Origin: Mycoplasma mycoides subsp. capri
GTDB lineage: Bacteria; Bacillota_I; Bacilli_A; Mycoplasmatales; Mycoplasmataceae
Length of the DNA: 32,000 bases
NCBI RefSeq assembly: GCF_018389705.1
Contig: NZ_CP065581.1
Span: 1 to 32,000 of the forward strand
Direction: 5' to 3'
Under the pieces are notes generated by a model, which was not told the origin of the DNA, did no database searches, and saw only the letters and a program-made list of their open reading frames with translations. The translations under genes were made by a program, and so were the position numbers. Below, piece after piece: positions 1 through 10,969 of this stretch; positions within the stretch are counted from its first letter, which is position 1; each line of letters opens with the position of its first letter.

Positions 1-1353
1 ATGAACGTAAACGATATTTTAAAAGAACTTAAACTAAGTTTAATGGCTAATAAAAATATTGATGAATCCGTGTATAACGACTATATAAAGACAATAAATA
101 TTCATAAAAAGGGGTTTTCTGATTATATTGTTGTTGTTAAATCACAATTTGGTTTGTTAGCTATAAAACAGTTTCGTCAAACTATTGAAAATGAGATAAA
201 AAATATTTTAAAAGAGCCTGTAAATATTAGTTTTACATACGAACAAGAATATAAAAAACAACTAGAAAAAGATGAACTAATTAATAAAGATCATTCTGAT
301 ATCATCACTAAAAAAGTTAAAAAAATTAATGAAAACACATTTGAAAATTTTGTAATCGGTGCAAGTAATGAACAAGCTTTTATAGCAGTTCAAACCGTAA
401 GTAAAAACCCTGGAATTTCTTATAATCCATTGTTTATTTATGGTGAATCTGGAATGGGAAAAACTCATTTACTAAAGGCTGCAAAAAACTATATTGAATC
501 TAATTTTTTTGATCTAAAAGTTAGTTATATGAGTGGTGATGAGTTTGCAAGAAAAGCAGTTGATATATTACAAAAAACTCATAAAGAGATTGAACAATTT
601 AAAAATGAAGTATGTCAAAATGATGTATTAATTATTGATGATGTTCAGTTTTTAAGTTATAAAGAAAAAACTAATGAAATATTTTTTACTATTTTTAATA
701 ACTTTATAGAAAATGATAAACAATTGTTTTTTTCAAGTGATAAATCTCCTGAATTATTAAATGGTTTTGATAATAGATTAATTACTAGATTTAATATGGG
801 GTTAAGTATTGCTATTCAAAAACTAGATAATAAAACAGCAACAGCTATCATTAAAAAAGAAATTAAAAATCAAAACATTAAATCAGAAGTAACTAGTGAA
901 GCAATTAATTTTATTTCTAATTATTATTCAGATGATGTTAGAAAAATTAAAGGAAGCGTTTCAAGATTAAACTTTTGATCTCAACAAAATCCAGAAGAAA
1001 AAATTATTACTATAGAAATAATTTCTGATCTATTTAGAGATATACCTACTTCAAAATTAGGTATTTTAAATGTTAAAAAAATTAAAGAAGTTGTTAGTGA
1101 AAAATATGGTATTTCAGTTAATGCTATTGATGGAAAGGCTAGAAGTAAGTCGATTGTAACAGCAAGACATATAGCAATGTTTTTAACAAAAGAGATTTTA
1201 AATCACACTTTAGCTCAAATTGGAGAAGAATTTGGTGGTAGGGATCACACAACAGTTATTAATGCTGAAAGAAAAATAGAAACAATGTTAAAAAAAGATA
1301 AGCAATTAAAAAAGACTGTTGATATTTTGAAGAACAAAATTTTAACAAAATAA
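1..1353 (+). CDS. dnaA: Chromosomal replication initiator protein DnaA (450 aa; in-frame TGA=Trp at 976-978)
   Basis: ATG at 1. AAA+ Walker A '[10 protein letters not shown]' and Walker B 'LIIDDVQFL'. C-terminal DnaA DNA-binding region '...[13 protein letters not shown]...[16 protein letters not shown]'. The frame stays open through the TGA to TAA at 1351-1353. Confidence 0.97.
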
Positions 1354-1511
1354 TAAAAATAGCTATTTAAACCTAGGTTATTAACAGTTATCCACAAATT
1401 AACCTCATAATATTAATAATTTAGAAATAAATATTAGAAATAGTAATATATAACAAACCCAATTATTTTCTAAAATAAAGTAAAAACAATTTGTTTTTAA
1501 AAGGAGTAATT
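1354..1511. promoter_or_regulatory. dnaA-dnaN intergenic oriC-type module with DnaA boxes and an AT-rich unwinding-type segment
   Basis: Perfect DnaA box TTATCCACA at 1388-1396, directly preceded by a degenerate TTATTAACA at 1378-1386. Downstream AT-rich stretch has TTAGAAATA repeated at 1421-1429 and 1434-1442 (13-nt spacing). The location between dnaA and dnaN is typical of Firmicutes/Mollicutes. Confidence 0.6.
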
Positions 1512-2639
1512 ATGAATTTTTCAATAAATAGAATGATTTTATTAGATAATTTATCAAAAGCAGCTAAAGTAATTGATCCTAAAAACGTTAATCCTAGTTT
1601 AGCTGGTATTTATTTAAATGTTTTATCTGATCAAGTTCATATAATTGCAACTAGTGGAATTCTTTCATTTAAAAGTATTTTAAACAATCAAAATTCAGAT
1701 TTAGAAGTTAAACAAGAAGGTAAAGTTTTATTAAAACCTAAATTTGTTTTAGAAATGTTAAGAAGACTAGATGATGAATTTGTAGTGTTTTCAATGGTTG
1801 AAGATAATGAATTAATTATTAAAACTGATAATTCAGATTTTAGTATTGGAGTTTTAAATTCAGAAGATTATCCTTTAATTGGGTTTAGAGAAAAAGGAAT
1901 TGAATTTAATTTAAATCCTAAAGAAGTTAAAAAAACTATTTATCAAGTTTTTGTTTCAATGAATGAAAATAATAAAAAATTAATTCTTACAGGTTTAAAT
2001 TTAAAACTAAATAATAATCAAGCAATTTTTTCAACAACTGATTCATTTAGAATTAGTCAAAAAATTTTAGAAATTCAAAGTGATAATAATGAAGATATTG
2101 ACATAACAATTCCTTTTAAAACAGCTTTAGAATTACCTAAATTATTAGATAATGCTGAAAATTTAAAAATTATAATTGTTGAAGGATACATTACTTTTAT
2201 AATTGATAATGTTATTTTTCAATCTAATTTAATTGATGGAAGATTTCCAAATGTTCAAATTGCTTTTCCAACAAAATTTGAAACTATTATTACAGTAAAG
2301 CAAAAATCAATTTTAAAAGTTTTATCAAGATTTGATCTAGTAGCAGATGATGGTTTACCAGCAATTGTAAATATTAAAGTTAATGAAGATAAAATTGAGT
2401 TTAAGAGTTTTATTTCAGAAGTTGGAAAGTATGAAGAAGACTTTGATGATTTTGTAATTGAAGGAAATAAAAGTTTATCAATTAGTTTTAATACAAGATT
2501 TTTAATTGATGCAATTAAAACTTTAAGTGAAGATAGAATTGAATTAAAACTAATTAATTCAACTAAACCAATTGTGATTAATAATGTTTATGATGAACAC
2601 TTAAAACAAGTAATTCTTCCAACCTTTTTATCAAATTAG
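1512..2639 (+). CDS. dnaN: DNA polymerase III beta sliding clamp (375 aa)
   Basis: ATG at 1512, 6 nt after the AAGGAG Shine-Dalgarno at 1501-1506 (the track's earlier TTG-region Met at 1491 is less likely). Length and three-domain beta-clamp-like sequence. Conserved synteny directly after dnaA. Confidence 0.93.
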   Translation: MNFSINRMILLDNLSKAAKVIDPKNVNPSLAGIYLNVLSDQVHIIATSGILSFKSILNNQNSDLEVKQEGKVLLKPKFVLEMLRRLDDEFVVFSMVEDNELIIKTDNSDFSIGVLNSEDYPLIGFREKGIEFNLNPKEVKKTIYQVFVSMNENNKKLILTGLNLKLNNNQAIFSTTDSFRISQKILEIQSDNNEDIDITIPFKTALELPKLLDNAENLKIIIVEGYITFIIDNVIFQSNLIDGRFPNVQIAFPTKFETIITVKQKSILKVLSRFDLVADDGLPAIVNIKVNEDKIEFKSFISEVGKYEEDFDDFVIEGNKSLSISFNTRFLIDAIKTLSEDRIELKLINSTKPIVINNVYDEHLKQVILPTFLSN

Positions 2640-2663
2640 TCCACTTAGTGGATTTTTCTTTTT
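2640..2663 (+). terminator. Weak intrinsic terminator/attenuator after dnaN
   Basis: 5-bp stem TCCAC/GTGGA with loop TTA (2640-2652), followed by TTTTTCTTTTT. The stem is short. Confidence 0.35.
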
Positions 2664-2675
2664 AAAATAAGTATT

Positions 2676-3209
2676 ATGAGTAAAATTAAACAAATTATAA
2701 TTGTTGAAGGCAAAACAGATTCTGATAAATTAAAACATATTTATGGAAATGATTTAAAAACTATTCAAACAAAAGGGTTAAGTTTAAATAAAAAGACTTT
2801 AGAAATGATTAAAGAATTTAATAATAAAACAGGAGTAATTATTTTTACTGATCCAGATGGAGCTGGTAAAAAAATAAGACAAACTATTATAGATTATTTA
2901 GATAATAAAGTTTTAAATGCTTTTATTAATAAAAATGATATAAGTAAAACTAGTAAAAAAGTTGGAATTGCTGAAGCTAGTGATGATGCTATTAAAAAGG
3001 CTTTAGATAATCTAATTATTTATGATAAAAATAATGTTTCTTTAAGTTGAACTGATTATATAAACAATGATTTTTATTTAAAATCAAATAGAATAGTTAT
3101 TTGTAAATATTTTAATTTTGATAATAATATTAGTTCTAAAACTTTATTTAAATGATTAAACTGAATGAATGTTTCAATTGATGATATTAAAAAAATAATA
3201 GGTGAATAA
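2676..3209 (+). CDS. rnmV: Ribonuclease M5 (Toprim domain, 5S rRNA maturase), 177 aa, three in-frame TGA=Trp codons
   Basis: Toprim motifs 'IIVEGKTD' and 'IIFTDPDGAGKKIR'. The frame continues through TGA at 3048, 3153 and 3162 to TAA at 3207-3209. That stop overlaps the rsmA ATG by 1 nt. Confidence 0.9.
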
Positions 3210-4009
3210 TGAAAGCTAAAAAATACTATGGACAAAACTTTATTTCAGATTTAAATTTAATTAATAGAATTGTTGATGTTTTAGATCAAAATAAAGATCA
3301 ATTAATTATTGAAATTGGTCCAGGAAAAGGTGCTTTAACTAAAGAGTTAGTTAAAAGATTTGATAAAGTTGTAGTTATTGAAATAGATAAAGATATGGTT
3401 GAAATTTTAAAGACCAAATTTAATCATTCAAATCTAGAAATTATTCAAGCTGATGTTTTAGAAATTGATTTAAAACAACTAATAAGTAAGTATGATTATA
3501 AAAACATAAGTATTATTTCAAATACACCTTATTATATAACTAGTGAAATTTTATTTAAAACTTTACAAATTAGTGATTTACTTACAAAAGCTGTTTTTAT
3601 GTTGCAAAAAGAAGTTGCTTTAAGAATTTGTAGTAATAAAAATGAAAATAATTATAATAACCTTTCTATTGCTTGCCAGTTTTATAGTCAAAGAAGCTTT
3701 GAGTTTGTAGTTAATAAAAAGATGTTTTATCCAATTCCTAAAGTTGATTCAGCAATTATTAGCTTAACTTTTAATGATATTTATAAAAAACAAGTTAATA
3801 ATGATGAAAAGTTTATTGACTTTGTTAGATTACTTTTTAATAATAAAAGAAAGACTATTTTAAATAACTTAAATAATATTATTCAAAACAAAAATAAAGC
3901 ATTAGAGTATTTAAATACGCTAAATATTAGTAGTAATTTAAGACCAGAACAACTAGATATCGACCAATATATAAAATTATTTAACCTAATCTATAATAGT
4001 AATTTTTAA
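3209..4009 (+). CDS. rsmA: 16S rRNA (adenine1518/1519-N6)-dimethyltransferase RsmA/KsgA (266 aa)
   Basis: N-terminal 'YGQNFI', SAM-binding 'IEIGPGKGALT', 'ISNTPYYITS' catalytic-type motif. Conserved rnmV-ksgA pairing. Confidence 0.93.
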   Translation: MKAKKYYGQNFISDLNLINRIVDVLDQNKDQLIIEIGPGKGALTKELVKRFDKVVVIEIDKDMVEILKTKFNHSNLEIIQADVLEIDLKQLISKYDYKNISIISNTPYYITSEILFKTLQISDLLTKAVFMLQKEVALRICSNKNENNYNNLSIACQFYSQRSFEFVVNKKMFYPIPKVDSAIISLTFNDIYKKQVNNDEKFIDFVRLLFNNKRKTILNNLNNIIQNKNKALEYLNTLNISSNLRPEQLDIDQYIKLFNLIYNSNF

Positions 4010-4065
4010 ATTTATATAATCTAAATGTAAATATTTTAGATATTAAAAAATGAGAGGTTCATATT

Positions 4066-5157
4066 ATGATTAGAGATTTCAACAATCAAGAAGTAACCTT
4101 AGATGATCTAGAACAAAATAATAATAAAACTGATAAAAATAAACCTAAAGTTCAATTCTTAATGCGATTTTCTTTAGTTTTTTCAAACATTTCTACTCAT
4201 ATTTTTTTATTTGTCTTAATTGTTATTGCTAGTTTATTTTTTGGATTACGCTATACATATTACAATTACAAAGTAGACTTAATTACTAATGCTCATAAAA
4301 TAAAACCATCAATTCCTAAACTAAAAGAAGTTTATAAAGAAGCTTTACAAGTAGTTGAAGAAGTTAAAAGAGAAACTGATAAAAACTCAAGCGATAGCTT
4401 AATTAATAAAATTGATGAAATAAAAACAATTGTTAAAGAAGTAACTGAATTTGCTAATGAGTTTAATGATAGAAGTAAAAAAGTAGAACCAAAAGTTAAA
4501 GAAGTAATAGAAGATGAAAAACAAGTAACTACTCATTTAGAGCAAATCACTAAAGAAATTGAAACTTTAAAAAGTACAGGAAATGGAATTGCAAATAGAT
4601 TTAGAAGAAGTTTGGGATCTCCTTTTGGATTAGGAACTCTTGTAAATGGTGTAGACAATGATTTTAGATCTGTTAATGCATCTGTTACCAAAATTACCGA
4701 TTTAGCAAAGAAATTATCTGAAGAAGGTAAAAAAATAACTGCTAATGTTGAAACTATTAAAAAAGAAGTAGATTATTTTTCAAAAAGAAGTGAAATACCT
4801 TTAAGAGATATTGAAAAATTAAAAGAAATTTATAGACAAAAATTTCCTTTATTTGAAAGAAATAATAAAAGACTTCAAGAAATTTGAAGTAAATTGATGG
4901 GTATTTTTAACCAATTTACTGTAGAAAAAACTCAAAGTAATTACTATAACCATCTAATTTATATATTGTTATTCTTAATAATTGACTCAATAATTCTTCT
5001 AGTTCTTACTTATATGTCAATGATTAGTAAAACAATGAAAAAAATCTTATTATTCTACATATTTGGAATTTTAAGTTTTAATCCATTTGTGTGAGTTTCA
5101 GTAGTTATAAGTTTTCTTTCAAGACCTATAAAAAACAGAAAGAGAAAGTTTAGTTAA
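4066..5157 (+). CDS. Membrane protein of unknown function (363 aa): N-terminal TM, central charged coiled-coil, two C-terminal TM helices
   Basis: GAGAGG Shine-Dalgarno upstream of ATG 4066. Track ORFs 4066-4887 and 4894-5094 are one frame joined by TGA=Trp (4885, 5092), ending at TAA 5155-5157. TM segments 'FSLVFSNISTHIFLFVLIVIASLFFGL', 'LIYILLFLIIDSIILLVLTYMSMI' and 'ILLFYIFGILSFNPFVWVSVVISFL'. The middle is rich in K/E with repeated 'KEV' heptad-like strings. Confidence 0.8.
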
Positions 5158-5220
5158 ATAGATTTTTAATAATAATATATTCTATTAAAAGTGTTAGTTT
5201 AATAAATTAAAAAATAGGTA

Positions 5221-5248
5221 TTGTATTTTTATAGATTGTTGATATATT
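5221..5248 (+). promoter_or_regulatory. Candidate sigma-70-type promoter (extended -10) for the intergenic transcript
   Basis: TTGTAT (5221-5226), 16-nt spacer, TGaTATATT (TG at 5240-5241, -10 hexamer at 5243-5248). The predicted start is near 5255. The background is AT-rich, so chance matches are common. Confidence 0.3.
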
Positions 5249-5254
5249 TAATAT

Positions 5255-5407
5255 ATGTAAAAAGATAAATAATTAGAGTTGGTGGTTATCTTTTTACATC
5301 GATACATTCATATTAGATGAACAAATCCCTTAATTCATAGAAATTTTTTCCAATTTTAAAAACTTTCTAATGCCCTATGTCAAGCAATTGATATAGGGTT
5401 TTATTTT
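5255..5407 (+). ncRNA. Candidate small RNA (~150 nt) or long structured 3' UTR, bounded by a 5' 14-bp hairpin and an intrinsic terminator
   Basis: Perfect 14-bp inverted repeat ATGTAAAAAGATAA (5255-5268) / TTATCTTTTTACAT (5286-5299) with a 17-nt loop. Strong terminator at 5373-5407. There is no plausible CDS between 5158 and 5515. Confidence 0.3.
5373..5407 (+). terminator. Rho-independent terminator (11-bp stem, GCAA tetraloop, T-tract)
   Basis: CCCTATGTCAA-GCAA-TTGATATAGGG (5373-5398; one G:U pair) followed by TTTTATTTT (5399-5407). It lies 215 nt downstream of the nearest upstream stop codon (5157). Confidence 0.65.
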
Positions 5408-5454
5408 GCTTTTTGAAACTAGACTTTTAGCTAAATTTAAATAGGTTTTTAAGG

Positions 5455-5460
5455 TATAAT
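5455..5460 (+). promoter_or_regulatory. Candidate -10 box (TATAAT) of the gyrBA promoter
   Basis: TATAAT at 5455-5460, downstream of the terminator and 55 nt upstream of the gyrB ATG. The -35 is poor (TAAATT at 5432-5437). Confidence 0.3.
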
Positions 5461-5515
5461 TATATTATTGTAAAAGAGCTTTTTATTATGCAAAATTGGT
5501 GAGAGGGTGGAATAA

Positions 5516-7420
<1,905 letters not shown>

Positions 7421-7435
7421 AAAGGTAGAAAAATT

Positions 7436-9940
7436 ATGAATAATGAAAATAACAACAATGATTCTTTAAATGAAAATCAAGATCATTATCATGGTAAAAT
7501 TTCTCCTATTGATATTTCAACAGAAGTTAGAAAAGATTTCTTAGAATATGCAATGAGTGTTATTGTAAGCCGTGCTTTACCTGATTTAAAAGATGGATTA
7601 AAACCAGTTCATAGACGTATTATTTATGCAATGAACGATTTAGGAATTACTTCAGATAAACCACACAAAAAATCTGCTCGTATAGTTGGAGAAGTAATTG
7701 GTAAGTACCACCCACATGGAGATAGTGCTGTTTATGAAACTATGGTAAGAATGGCTCAAGAGTTTTCTTATCGTTATCCTTTAATAGATGGTCATGGTAA
7801 CTTTGGTTCAATTGATGGTGATGGTGCAGCTGCAATGCGTTATACTGAAGCAAGATTAGCTAAAATATCAAATTATCTAATAAAAGATATTGATATGGAT
7901 ACAGTACCATTTATTGATAATTATGATGCTAGTGAACGTGAACCTGCTTATTTAACAGGTTATTTACCAAACCTTTTAGTTAATGGAACTATGGGTATTG
8001 CAGTTGGAATGGCAACTTCAATTCCACCACATAATTTAAAAGAAGTAGTTAGTGCTATTAATGCTTATATTGATAATAATGATATTACTATTGATGAAAT
8101 TTTAGACAATCATATTTTAGGTCCTGATTTTCCAACTGGTGCTTTAATGACTAATGGATCAAAAATGCGTGAAGGTTATAAAACAGGACGAGGTAGTGTT
8201 ATTATTAGAGCAAAAATTGATTTTGAAGAAAGTAAAAAACACGATAGATTTGTAGTTACTGAAATTCCATACCAAACTAATAAAGCTAAAATTATTGAAA
8301 AAATAGCTGAATTAGTTAAAGACAAAACTATTGAAGGTATTTTTGATATTAGAGATGAATCAAATTATGAAGGTATTAGAATCATTATTGAATTAAAAAA
8401 AGATGCTAATCCTGATGTTGTTTTATCTAAACTTTATAAATACACTGCTTTACAATCAAGTTTTTCAATTAATCTATTAACTTTAAATAATAATTTACCT
8501 GTTTTATTAGACTTAAAAACTATTATTAAAAACTATGTTGAGTTTCAAGTTAGTGTTATTATAAAACGTTCTATTTTTGAAAAAAATAAATTAACTAAGC
8601 GTTATCATATTTTAGAAGCTTTACATATTGCTTTAGATAATGTTGATGATGTAATTAATATTATTAAAAATTCTAAAACTAGTGAAGAAGCCAAAGTTCA
8701 ATTAACTAATAAATATAACTTTGATGAAGAACAAAATAAAGCTATTTTAGATATGCGTTTACAAAGATTAGTTGGTTTAGAAAGAGATAAAATCACTTTA
8801 GAAATGACTAATATAAAAGAACGTTTAACTTATTTAGATGTTTTAATTAATACAAAAGAAGAACAAGATAATGTTTTAAAAAATCAATTAAATGAAATAG
8901 CTGACAAGTTTGGAGATAATAGAAGAACAGAATTAATTGATGAAGAATTGATTAATATTGAAGATGAAGAATTGATTCCTGATCTAAAATGAATGATTCT
9001 ATTATCTCAAGAAGGTTATATTAGAAGAATTAATCCTGATGAGTTTAGAATTCAAAAACGCGGTGGACGTGGAGTTAGTGTTAATGCAGAACCAAGTGAT
9101 CCTATTGATATAGCAACAATGGGAAAAGCTAAGGATTGAGTATTATTTTTTACTAATTCAGGAAAAGTTTATAGAACTAAGTTATATAACATCAGAAGTT
9201 ATTCAAGAACAGCAAGAGGATTACCAATTGTTAACTTTTTAAATGACTTAACTAGTGAAGATAAAATTACAGCTATTTTACCTTTAAGAAACAATAAAGA
9301 AAAATTTAATTATTTAACTTTTGTTACTCAAAAAGGAATGATTAAAAGAACTAAAATTTCTGAATTTGAAAACATTAATAGAAATGGTAAAAAAGCAATT
9401 AATTTAAGAGATAATGATCAACTAGTTTCAGTATTTGCAACAACTGGACAAGATACTGTATTTATTGCTAATGAGTCTGGAAAAGTAATTAGAATTAAAG
9501 AAAGCGTAGTTAATCCACAATCTAGAGTTGGTGGAGGAGTTAAAGCATTAAAACTAGAAGATAATGATGTTGTAGTTGGAGCAATTAGTTCATTTAAATT
9601 AACTCATATTACTACTGTTTCAAATAAAGGTTTATTTAAAAAGACACCAATTGATGATTATAGAATTAGTGGAAGAAATGGTAAAGGTATAAAAGTAATG
9701 AACTTAAACCAAAGAACTGGTAAGTTCAAAGCTATTATTGGAGCTAGAGAAACTGATTTAATTATGATCATTTCAAGTGATGGTAACTTAATTAAAACAA
9801 AAGTTTCAAATATTCCTTCACTTTCAAGAAATGCTAGTGGAGTTAAAGCAATTAGATTAACAGATAATCAAGAAATCAATGCAATTACTTTAGAATATCG
9901 TAAACATGGTCTTGAAAATGAAGATTTTGAAGAAGACTAA
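7436..9940 (+). CDS. gyrA: DNA gyrase subunit A (834 aa; in-frame TGA=Trp at 8990 and 9137)
   Basis: '[17 protein letters not shown]', QRDR '[17 protein letters not shown]', active-site '[11 protein letters not shown]', C-terminal beta-pinwheel repeats. Track ORFs 7436-8992 and 9338-9940 are in the same frame. Confidence 0.98.
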
Positions 9941-9950
9941 AATATAACAA

Positions 9951-9976
9951 AAAAATCGGGAAATCCCGATTTTTTA
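9951..9976. terminator. Bidirectional intrinsic terminator at the convergent gyrA / permease junction
   Basis: AAAAATCGGG-AAAT-CCCGATTTTT: perfect 10-bp arms, A-tract on one side and T-tract on the other. It lies between the gyrA stop (9938-9940) and the minus-strand stop at 9992-9994. Confidence 0.8.
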
Positions 9977-9991
9977 TTATTAAATTTATAG

Positions 9992-10969
9992 CTATCTTTT
10001 TGCTTTATCAAAAGGTACACCAACTGCGGCTGGTGCTCTTGATGTCTTACTAAATGCAACCATAGCTAGTATTGTTAAAACAAATGGTAAAGTGTTAAAT
10101 AAAGTTGAAATTGCTTGAATTGTTTTATTTGTTGAAAGTGTTCCTATTTGTTGACCTAAAGCAAATAGTCATGAAAATATAATCGAACCAATTACAATAA
10201 AACTAATTCTTCATTGTCCAAATATCATAATTGCAATTCCTAAAAATCCATATCCTAACATATTTCCACTAAATAAACCACCACCACTAACTGCAGTTAC
10301 AACAAATACTCCACCACCAACTCCAGCTAAAAACCCTGATAATATTACTGCTAGATATCTATATTTAGTTACACTAATTCCAGCAGCGTCAATTGCATTA
10401 GGATTTTCACCAACCATTGCATATCTCATTCCTTGTTTTGTATATTTAAAAAATACAAATAAACCAATTGCTAGAATAATTGCAATAATTGTTCAAATTG
10501 GAAGCATACTTGCAACTTGTTGTGTTTTACCATTAACTACTTTAGTAATATTAATAACATCTATTGATGAATATCCGCTTGCAATAACTTGAGATTGTTT
10601 TCCAAATCAATTTGATGTTGATAAGAAAATTCCTAATCCTAAAGCTAAAATATTAATTGCTGTTCCTGAAATAATTTGATTTGCTTTTAATGTAATTGCT
10701 GGAAAAGCATGTAATAAAGCAAATACAGCTGTAATTACACCAGCCAATAAAACTATTGGAATTTGAGTATAATTACTCTTATTATCATTTGATGTAAGAT
10801 ATGTTCCTAAAATTGAAACAACAAGTGCTCCAATAATCATCATACCTTCAACTGCAATATTAACTACTCCTGCTTTTTCACTAACAAGTGATGATAAAGA
10901 AGCAAATAATAAGACACCAACCAAGGCTAATGCTCAAGTTAAAATACTAGTATTAAATAAAATTGTCAT
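9992..10969 (-). CDS. rnsD: BMP-family (nucleoside/sugar type) ABC transporter permease, 325 aa
   Basis: ATG at 10969 preceded by an AAAGGAGAC Shine-Dalgarno. Polytopic hydrophobic sequence; track fragments 10607-10924 and 10211-10429 are in one frame joined by TGA=Trp. I checked the table-4 frame triplet by triplet and found no TAA/TAG until TAG at 9992-9994. The symbol follows the RnsBACD naming used for the minimal-cell homologues, from memory. Confidence 0.85.

Noticed and set aside
277..468. 63-aa minus-strand ORF inside dnaA
   Set aside because: It is antisense to a strongly supported gene and has no start context. It is a typical shadow ORF in AT-rich DNA.
4019..4041. 7-bp AT-only hairpin after rsmA as a terminator
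   Set aside because: The stem is weak and purely A/T, the loop is 9 nt, and no T-tract follows. The next gene's Shine-Dalgarno follows immediately.
4894..5094. 66-aa ORF as a separate small membrane protein
   Set aside because: It is in frame with 4066-4887 and separated from it only by TGA (Trp in this code), so it is part of the 363-aa protein.
5317..5340. 7-codon ORF (MNKSLNS) as a leader peptide
   Set aside because: It has no convincing Shine-Dalgarno at proper spacing, is too short, and has no Trp/His-type regulatory codon logic.
5373..5398. Hairpin containing AGCA and a GNRA loop, considered as SRP (4.5S) RNA domain IV
   Set aside because: It lacks the conserved asymmetric/symmetric loop pattern (AGG...GGAA...AGCA arrangement). 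It is a perfect stem followed by a T-tract, so it is better explained as an intrinsic terminator.
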